Source: a virus. Taken from it: a stretch of DNA of 6,299 nucleotides. Position 1 is the stretch's first letter; each line of letters starts with the position of its first letter. The notes beneath the pieces are model-generated. The model saw nothing but the letters and a program-made list of their open reading frames with translations. It was not told the DNA's origin and searched no databases. Positions 1 to 4,864 of the stretch are shown one piece after another. The stretch is from positions 1 to 6,299 of the IMG/VR virus record IMGVR_UViG_3300045988_001431, one strand, 5' to 3'. A program made the translations under genes and the position numbers.

Positions 1-99
1 AAGCATAAACACGGGACGGACTATCGGAAGAAGCTAATGCACCAGGCATAACAGCTACCGAACCATACTGAGAGGATGGGAGAACTCCCATAAAATAGT
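1..99. repeat. Terminal direct repeat, copy 1: circular-contig overlap, identical to 6201..6299
   Basis: Reading directly, bases 1..99 (aagcataaacacgggacgg...cccataaaatagt) match 6201..6299 base for base. The capsid reading frame is continuous across the join, because the 6200-nt offset preserves the frame (position 2 maps to 6202, the same codon phase as ORF 5320..6291). Confidence 0.97.
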
Positions 100-847
100 C
101 TTTCGGGTAATCTGAGTAACGAATTTTGAACCATTCGTCTGAAGTATCCATTTCACCTCCAGTCCAATAATCTACGTTATAAGCATAGGCCAAATGCTTT
201 TCCCATTGAGAATTACTGTAAAAATCGAAGTAAATTTTCTGATAGGACAATAACGGTAACAAGTTTACCATCATAGATGTGCCATAGATTAACGGATTCT
301 GAGAATCAGAAGAAAAAACAGCACCTAGATAATTTTTGGTAATTTCGGATTTCTTCTGATTTCCTGTACCAATAAACGCACCATAACCAAGATAATCCAA
401 TAACTTACAAGCGCCATAAGACATATTAAAACCAGCATCATCAACAACACCATCACCGACGAAACGGGCCATTCCAGTTGAGATAGTACCGAGAGAAGTG
501 AACGGGACTTGAGTCAGTTGCTTCGTATTAGCAGCGGTACTGGCAGCAGACGTCATATAATCCGTCATTTGAGTAAATGCCTGAGGTAGAGCACGAGATA
601 TCAGACGTAAAGGCACAGCATAAACATCATAATACTCCTTAATACGAGTATACGCAGCAGTATTCACAGGGACAGTACGAGTAAACCAATCGGAAGAGAT
701 TTTATACTTATTCCCTGGAATAGCAATCTGCCAATAAACGGGCAAAATCTCACCAATTTTTGCCGTAAATAATTTTTTACTAGACAAATCAAAGGATGAG
801 CGATGAACGGCAACTTTCGCTCGGTCTAGCGGATTAAAATCACTCAT
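1..847 (-). CDS. VP1: Major capsid protein (Microviridae F/VP1 family), N-terminal part: codons 1-282 plus 1 nt. It continues across the circular junction into 6200..5320.
   Basis: This ORF is absent from the ORF track because it runs off the window edge. ATG is at 847..845. My hand translation is open all the way to position 1: MSDFNPLDRAKVAVHRSSFDLSSKKLFTAKIGEILPVYWQIAIPGNKYKISSDWFTRTVPVNTAAYTRIKEYYDVYAVPLRLISR...LLSYQKIYFDFYSNSQWEKHLAYAYNVDYW...YSDYPKDYFMGVLPSSQYG. The motifs RSSFDLS...G.L.PV....PG, RI.EYYDV..VP.RL, Y.KIY.D.Y and DYF...LP..Q.G are hallmarks of the microvirus capsid protein as I recall them. Confidence 0.93.
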   Translation of the reverse strand, partial: MSDFNPLDRAKVAVHRSSFDLSSKKLFTAKIGEILPVYWQIAIPGNKYKISSDWFTRTVPVNTAAYTRIKEYYDVYAVPLRLISRALPQAFTQMTDYMTSAASTAANTKQLTQVPFTSLGTISTGMARFVGDGVVDDAGFNMSYGACKLLDYLGYGAFIGTGNQKKSEITKNYLGAVFSSDSQNPLIYGTSMMVNLLPLLSYQKIYFDFYSNSQWEKHLAYAYNVDYWTGGEMDTSDEWFKIRYSDYPKDYFMGVLPSSQYGSVAVMPGALASSDSPSRVYA

Positions 848-863
848 AATTAATTAATTTAAA

Positions 864-2693
864 TTAGACCATATGGTTAAATATATCATTTGCATCATTA
901 AGTTTCTTATGCTTAATCATATCACGACAGAATTTCGATGAACGGTTATCCAAACACCTTTGTAAGTCGTCGCACAAATCGTTGTAATTTGCAGGTTGCG
1001 AGGCTTTAAAGGATGGTCCGACCAAACGAGAAAGAGCTGGGGAAAGTAATAATTTTCGGGGGTCATCAAAATGTAAGACGACCGGTTTGATTCCTGCCAT
1101 TCTGTCTCGAATAGTGTACGTGGAAAATGTTCCATCTTCTTCCTCCTTAACGGTCGACACTTCACATCCTGAGGCTGGTAAGTAAAAATATCGCAATAAA
1201 GGGAATTCGCATGTTTCTTGTATTCGCAACGAATCACACATTCGTACATAATCCGCTTTCTTTTCATATTCTAGACCCGTTTTAATGATAAAACTAATAC
1301 GATTGGCAAAAGGATACAAATTATCACCGATGCCAGGGAGATGCCAATTCCGGAGGAACTTGGAGACATAAAGGAACAGCCGATATAACTTATTAATAAA
1401 ATATTCAACATCGACATCGCTAGAACTGTTAACGAACCTAGTAAGACACCTAGCATTATGTAATATAATCTTATCTTCATCAGTTAATATATGATTTAAA
1501 GTTATATATCTATAATATGCACGCACAATAGATAAAATAGATTTACTATCATAATCTACAATGCCGAACCGTGCGATTCTTTTTGGCGCTGTTGTGACTG
1601 CTGAAATAACTCTAGATATCGCAACAACATCATCGCAGCGAGCTCCTGAGAATCTGGGGAGTAAGGAACGGATATACGATATGGGGGGAGTTGACTTGAC
1701 AACGATGCCATTAAAATTATACTCTCTTCCATTAACGACCGAATCGATTTTAGCTTCAATCTGCGCATAGACATCTTCACCCTCATCAAATGTTTCACCT
1801 TTCTCAAAAAATCCAAGGGACGCTCTTGAACGGGGTTTAAACGCACGGCATGAGCGATAAAGAGAGGGAGCAGAAGCCAAGCTGTTAACGTAACTCGCAA
1901 CGTACGAAGCGCATCCACCGTTGGAACATTGGATATCTGAACGACCGAACTTCCAACTTTTATTATGACACTCTCGAATGACATTGGAGATTTCCTTTGA
2001 GTTAAAGAATAATAGCAAATGGAAATGTGGGCGGAAATGGACTGGGCCATACTCGCCAACAGCGTAAAATGATATCTTTTCATTAGTATATCTGTCTAAA
2101 TGTCTACGTAAACGTTTAATATAATTCTGAACATCAACGTAATTCAGAAAAGGGATAAGGTTATTACCGTATCTACGGGAAAGTTCTCCATCCTTACCGT
2201 AAGGTGTAGCGGATTGAGTCTTATGGATAAAAGCACGCATAGAATCAATAGATACAAACCAATTATCCTTAACCGGCTCATACTCACCTGATTCACGGTT
2301 ATATGAAACCGTACCCTGAACCTGAGTAAAGAATATATGCTGTATTCGCTGAGGGTCAGCAGCACAGAATTCAGAAACCGGGACACGAGCATGCTCTTCA
2401 CATCCATAAACAACGCCGGAATCGCTTAAAACATCATCATATTCAGAATGGTATACTTCACAATTGAATAGAGGAACGTGTTCATTATCATAGGTGAGCG
2501 TAACAAACCAACAATACTTAAAGGCACTTCCGGCGGTCTTCACACGCATGGACGCCTTTTGAGCTCGCTTGTGTATACAATAGTCACATTGACCGCAATC
2601 TATAGCGATACGCTTACCTGTATATTTGTTGGTAATGAATGAACGATGTTGACAATGGTCAGCAGCCTTAAGCAAATCCGGCGTATATCTCAT
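864..2693 (-). CDS. VP4: Rolling-circle replication initiation protein (HUH endonuclease, Microviridae VP4 / gene A-like), 609 aa
   Basis: Motif I is FVTLTYD (2487..2507). Motif II is HFHLLLF, the HUH motif (2007..2027). Motif III is YVASYVNS with two Tyr spaced by 3 residues (1881..1904); compare phiX174 A YVAKYVNK, from memory. There is an N-terminal Cys cluster, CGQCDYC, preceded by HCQH. The start ATG at 2693..2691 overlaps the upstream stop as ATGA. The stop is TAA at 866..864. Confidence 0.95.
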   Translation of the reverse strand: MRYTPDLLKAADHCQHRSFITNKYTGKRIAIDCGQCDYCIHKRAQKASMRVKTAGSAFKYCWFVTLTYDNEHVPLFNCEVYHSEYDDVLSDSGVVYGCEEHARVPVSEFCAADPQRIQHIFFTQVQGTVSYNRESGEYEPVKDNWFVSIDSMRAFIHKTQSATPYGKDGELSRRYGNNLIPFLNYVDVQNYIKRLRRHLDRYTNEKISFYAVGEYGPVHFRPHFHLLLFFNSKEISNVIRECHNKSWKFGRSDIQCSNGGCASYVASYVNSLASAPSLYRSCRAFKPRSRASLGFFEKGETFDEGEDVYAQIEAKIDSVVNGREYNFNGIVVKSTPPISYIRSLLPRFSGARCDDVVAISRVISAVTTAPKRIARFGIVDYDSKSILSIVRAYYRYITLNHILTDEDKIILHNARCLTRFVNSSSDVDVEYFINKLYRLFLYVSKFLRNWHLPGIGDNLYPFANRISFIIKTGLEYEKKADYVRMCDSLRIQETCEFPLLRYFYLPASGCEVSTVKEEEDGTFSTYTIRDRMAGIKPVVLHFDDPRKLLLSPALSRLVGPSFKASQPANYNDLCDDLQRCLDNRSSKFCRDMIKHKKLNDANDIFNHMV

Positions 2694-2986
2694 ATTCGAT
2701 TTTCTATATGTTGATGACGATTTCTAGGACCAAAAGAAATGTGCATGAACCCATCATAAGTAATGAACTGGTCATAGGCGACATTATCCATAATATAAGA
2801 CGACAACTGATTATAAGTCGTAGAACCATAAGGCTTAAAGTCAATGGCTTCACCTTTTAAGTGCTGAGAGGTAGAAACACCTCCAGCAGCTTTATTCTGT
2901 TCGGGAGTACGATAAGCACTGGTTATAGTAAAATGATAGTTAAGCTGGAGCAAACCATCAAGAAAATGCATAAGAGCAGGATTCAT
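2690..2986 (-). CDS. Zinc D,D-/L,D-peptidase of the peptidase M15 (M15A / Peptidase_M15_3-like) type, 98 aa; putative cell-wall hydrolase (endolysin)
   Basis: The sequence ITSAYRTPEQNKAAGGVSTSQHLKGEAIDF matches the family pattern S.YR....N...GG...S.H..G.A.D. The H-x6-D zinc-ligand motif HLKGEAID lies at 2840..2863, and a distal His (MHIS, H82) at 2741..2743. I see no N-terminal signal peptide. Both ends form ATGA overlaps with the neighbouring genes. Confidence 0.85.
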   Translation of the reverse strand: MNPALMHFLDGLLQLNYHFTITSAYRTPEQNKAAGGVSTSQHLKGEAIDFKPYGSTTYNQLSSYIMDNVAYDQFITYDGFMHISFGPRNRHQHIENRI

Positions 2987-3069
2987 AAGCCTATCGCATT
3001 AAGAATGTAACCAAGAGCCGCACTGACAGCTCCAATAATAATTTTCCATATATTATTTTTAGTTGCCAT
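2983..3069 (-). CDS. Small 28-aa single-pass membrane peptide (MATKNNIWKIIIGAVSAALGYILNAIGL); candidate holin-like or membrane-targeting partner of the peptidase
   Basis: This is the C-terminal segment of track ORF 2983..3213, starting at the internal ATG 3069..3067. It has a short polar N-terminus followed by a ~22-residue hydrophobic stretch. It exactly fills the 72-nt gap between the 67-aa gene and the peptidase gene. Its ATG lies inside the last codons of the 67-aa gene (AATGGCAACTAA) and its TGA overlaps the peptidase ATG (ATGA). Evidence is positional and compositional only. Confidence 0.4.
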   Translation of the reverse strand: MATKNNIWKIIIGAVSAALGYILNAIGL

Positions 3070-3262
3070 TTTGAGTTGATTTAACAGGTTCGACGAATTG
3101 ATTCTCTTCTTTAATTGAATCCACAATAACAACAAGACCCAACGGAGAAATTCGCTCAGAATAATTTCCAAGACCATCCAAAGAATTGACAATATAAGGC
3201 GCAATAACATCACGTCCGGAATGTTTCTCTTTAATTGAAATAATAAATTTCTGCATAATCAT
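3059..3262 (-). CDS. Hypothetical 67-aa protein (MIMQKFIISIKEKHSGRDVIAPYIVNSLDGLGNY...); function unknown
   Basis: It is the first ORF downstream of the non-coding region on the coding strand and has a balanced, protein-like composition. The competing 76-aa ORF lies in its +1 frame, the frame that is spuriously open throughout this genome. I recognise no motif. Confidence 0.6.
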   Translation of the reverse strand: MIMQKFIISIKEKHSGRDVIAPYIVNSLDGLGNYSERISPLGLVVIVDSIKEENQFVEPVKSTQNGN

Positions 3263-3403
3263 AAATTTTAAACGTTAATAATAATAAGTTGGCTTCTACA
3301 GAGGACAAAGAAAGACATTATTTTTTATATATGCAAGATTTTTCGGATATTTTCCTTTGGTACGGTCTTGTGTGAGTTCAACGTTTATAGACAAGAGAGA
3401 GAG

Positions 3404-3426
3404 AAACTGAGAGGATAACTCAGTTT
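3404..3426 (-). terminator. Perfect 8-bp hairpin (AAACTGAG / loop AGGATAA / CTCAGTTT); candidate intrinsic terminator or attenuator
   Basis: Arms 3404..3411 and 3419..3426 are exact reverse complements. On the minus (mRNA) strand the stem is followed by TTTCTCTCTCTCTTG, and on the plus strand by a T at 3427 that extends the arm's TTT. The stem is AT-rich (3 GC pairs of 8), so it would be a weak terminator at best. Confidence 0.3.
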
Positions 3427-3447
3427 TGCATTCGCATTGAACTAGGG

Positions 3448-3571
3448 GCTTCGCTTGACAAAGTGCAAGATGTATACAGGGTGTATAGGCACGGCAAGGC
3501 AGAAAGTCTGTCTTGCCTTTGCGCACCTACGTGCTAAAATACCGCTTCGCTTCAAGGTAGGTCGCTTCGCT
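3448..3571. repeat. Three direct copies of GCTTCGCT (3448..3455, 3544..3551, 3564..3571); the last two are 20 nt apart
   Basis: Read directly from the sequence: gggGCTTCGCTtgaca, accGCTTCGCTtcaagg, ggtcGCTTCGCTccg. All three copies have the same orientation, as iterons do. Confidence 0.7.
3493..3517. other. 11-bp stem / 3-nt loop hairpin (GGCAAGGCAGA-AAG-TCTGTCTTGCC)
   Basis: Pairing runs 3493-3517 through 3503-3507, with a single G.T pair at 3499/3511. On the plus strand that position is a tolerated wobble. On the minus strand it becomes an A.C mismatch. Confidence 0.6.
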
Positions 3572-3586
3572 CCGTTTTTCGATCAG

Positions 3587-3633
3587 GCCCTACGCGGGCG
3601 GCGGGTGTATATCGCTCAAGCGCCGCGATGGGC
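3587..3633. other. GC-rich imperfect hairpin (GCCC-TA-CGCGG ... CCGCG-AT-GGGC)
   Basis: 3587..3590 pairs with 3630..3633 and 3593..3597 pairs with 3623..3627. The two stems are separated by a 2x2 internal loop, and the apical loop is ~25 nt and contains one GGGTGTATA copy. An alternative register, GCGGCG/CGCCGC, is also possible. Confidence 0.45.
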
Positions 3634-3730
3634 TTTTAGTCCTGAAGTATGTATACAAGAAAGGCCTACTCATCACGAGCGGGCCAATCAAAATTAAACA
3701 CAGAATTACTAAAGCAAAAAGATAGTATAA

Positions 3731-4864
3731 CTAATAACCTATACCATTAGAACCATTACGGGAAACCTGAGCACCGGGGCGCATAGCTCCAATTATATTA
3801 CCAGCACCCTGAAAAATACGAGATCCATAATCTATAGAATTACGTAAACCATAAGATTCAAAGTCCTTTCTGGCATTACCAGCAGACCACTTATAATAGT
3901 CTCGCAAGGCCTTATCTTTAGAATACTGCATATTCTTACGATTATTGACGTTCTTATAATCCCAAAGAGAATCATAATACTGTGTATAGTAAGCCATATT
4001 AGTAGCACTTACAAGAGAATCAGCAGTATCAGAAGCTATCTTATTAGTAATCTTCTGGCCTTGCGTCTGAGCAGCAACCTGGATTGCACGTTGAATTTCA
4101 GTTTGAATCTGTTTCTCAGTCAGAGCTCCTTGTTGTACAAGATTATAAAGATACTGGGCTTTTGTAAACAAATCTGCTTGCTGCTGAGCATCCATATATT
4201 TATTCAGGACAGCTTGAGAATCAGACTGTAAATAAATCTGAGTCGTTTGAGCGGCAGAAAGCTTACCAGCAGTAACAGCGTTATCTAATTGCTGACGCTC
4301 CATAGATTGGTCTAATTCAGCAGAAATACGGCCTGTTTCCTTATTCCAATAACCAGACTCACCGACACCAATATTCTTATAATTAGTATCACCTAACATC
4401 TTTTTTACCATATAAGGAAGAAGAGTGTCTATCTGTTTAGATTCAGATATAAACTTCTTAGCTTGAGCGAATGAAGCCAAAGCAGTATCCACACTTGAAA
4501 AGTCCGGATGAAAAGCCTGATACGGAATAGGACTGGCAGCAGAAGCCTGACCACCAGAGGGCGAAGAACCTGAGCCAGCACCAGTCTGAGCAGCAGAACC
4601 AGACATAAACGGATTCAAACCACGAGAAATCATAGCTTCAGGAGAATTATATTCTCGCGATTCATCAACCATCTTTTCTTGCCAATCACGTTGTTTCTTG
4701 GCTTCCAGCATATTGAACTTATTGGTAAGCTGAGTATTACGGAAATTAGCACGATTAGCAGAGGATTGCTGAAGAGCACCTCCAATAGCACTAATAGCAG
4801 CACCAATAAACTGCGGTTGGTTGCATGGAGAGAGCAAGCTCTCTCCAATTTCTAGAAACTTCAT
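3731..4864 (-). CDS. VP2: Minor capsid / DNA pilot protein (Microviridae VP2 / H-like), 377 aa
   Basis: There is an N-terminal small-residue hydrophobic segment, FIGAAISAIGGAL. FNMLEAKKQRDWQEKMVDESREYNSPEAMISRGLNPF (about 4607..4717) matches the FN..EA.K.RDWQE.M...Y......GLNP pattern I recall from gokusho/alpa-type VP2. It is followed by a Gly/Ser-rich linker and then a long Gln/Ala-rich region that is probably coiled coil. The start ATG 4864..4862 overlaps the upstream stop as ATGA. Confidence 0.85.
   Translation of the reverse strand: MKFLEIGESLLSPCNQPQFIGAAISAIGGALQQSSANRANFRNTQLTNKFNMLEAKKQRDWQEKMVDESREYNSPEAMISRGLNPFMSGSAAQTGAGSGSSPSGGQASAASPIPYQAFHPDFSSVDTALASFAQAKKFISESKQIDTLLPYMVKKMLGDTNYKNIGVGESGYWNKETGRISAELDQSMERQQLDNAVTAGKLSAAQTTQIYLQSDSQAVLNKYMDAQQQADLFTKAQYLYNLVQQGALTEKQIQTEIQRAIQVAAQTQGQKITNKIASDTADSLVSATNMAYYTQYYDSLWDYKNVNNRKNMQYSKDKALRDYYKWSAGNARKDFESYGLRNSIDYGSRIFQGAGNIIGAMRPGAQVSRNGSNGIGY

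Larger units (their letters stand above)
3471..3657. repeat. Cluster of TGTATA-core motifs: palindrome TGTATACA at 3471..3478 and 3650..3657, bracketing two direct GGGTGTATA copies at 3479..3487 and 3603..3611
   Basis: Read directly. There are four TGTATA cores within ~190 nt. I found only three elsewhere in the window (2572, 2619, 3983), which is about the chance level. Confidence 0.7.
3263..3730 (-). other. The single large non-coding region of the genome (468 nt): an AT-rich part (3263..~3430) plus a GC-rich structured island (~3430..3700)
   Basis: Every other gene junction is an overlap or a gap of 16 nt or less. Only weak ORFs with alternative starts cross this region: a GTG start on the minus strand and a TTG start on the plus strand. 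By elimination it should hold the promoter(s), a terminator and probably replication signals. I could not identify a convincing promoter consensus. Confidence 0.75.

Noticed and set aside
1-99. The terminal repeat as a biological DTR or LTR of a linear element
   Set aside because: The repeat lies inside the capsid ORF and restores a continuous reading frame when circularised. Microviridae genomes are circular ssDNA, so this is an assembly overlap.
1561-1770. 69-aa plus-strand ORF antisense to Rep
   Set aside because: It is antisense to a well-supported gene. Microviridae transcribe a single strand, and the ORF is short with no motif.
917-2413. Track ORFs 917..1267, 1271..1480 and 2144..2413 on the minus strand, nested in Rep
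   Set aside because: All lie in the same +1 frame relative to Rep, where stops are suppressed by the host gene's codon bias. Their products are low-complexity and hydrophobic, and nothing supports independent starts.
3070-3213. The N-terminal 48 codons of the 76-aa ORF (MMLLRLILSILWMVLEIIL...), as an overprinted hydrophobic E-like lysis gene
   Set aside because: This part sits in the artefact-prone +1 frame of the 67-aa gene and is an extreme Leu/Ile/Trp run typical of T-rich out-of-frame translation. I kept only the non-overlapping 28-aa tail as a candidate. The full-length version cannot be excluded without comparative data.
3263-3400. Bacteroides-type promoter (TTTG at -33, TAnnTTTG at -7) upstream of the 67-aa gene
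   Set aside because: I found only near-matches on the minus strand (TTTCTTTG, TAAAATTTA), without a correctly spaced -33 element. The evidence is too weak to annotate a promoter.
3463-3490. A dif/Xer-like recombination site centred on TGTATA
   Set aside because: The central hexamer matches E. coli dif, but the flanking 11-nt arms do not, and in particular there is no TTATGTTAAAT-like XerD arm. I do not know a reliable Bacteroidetes dif consensus to compare against.
3296-3526. 76-aa minus-strand ORF (MRKGKTDFLPCRAYTPC...) in the non-coding region
   Set aside because: It starts at GTG, runs through both the 3493..3517 and 3404..3426 hairpins, straddles the GC-rich to AT-rich composition change, and has no motif.
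3430-3700. tRNA, CRISPR mini-array, self-cleaving ribozyme or MITE in the GC island
   Set aside because: There is no T-arm (GTTCRA) or cloverleaf. The repeats are only 8-9 nt long and irregularly spaced. The only hammerhead-like string is GTGATGAG on the minus strand (3670..3677), which lacks the essential C and the partner GAAA core. The putative terminal inverted repeats (TTTTGCATT versus TTTTGATTGG) are too weak.
4630-4848. 72-aa minus-strand ORF nested in VP2
   Set aside because: It is again in the +1 frame of the real gene and gives a Leu/Val/Ser-rich artefact-like sequence.
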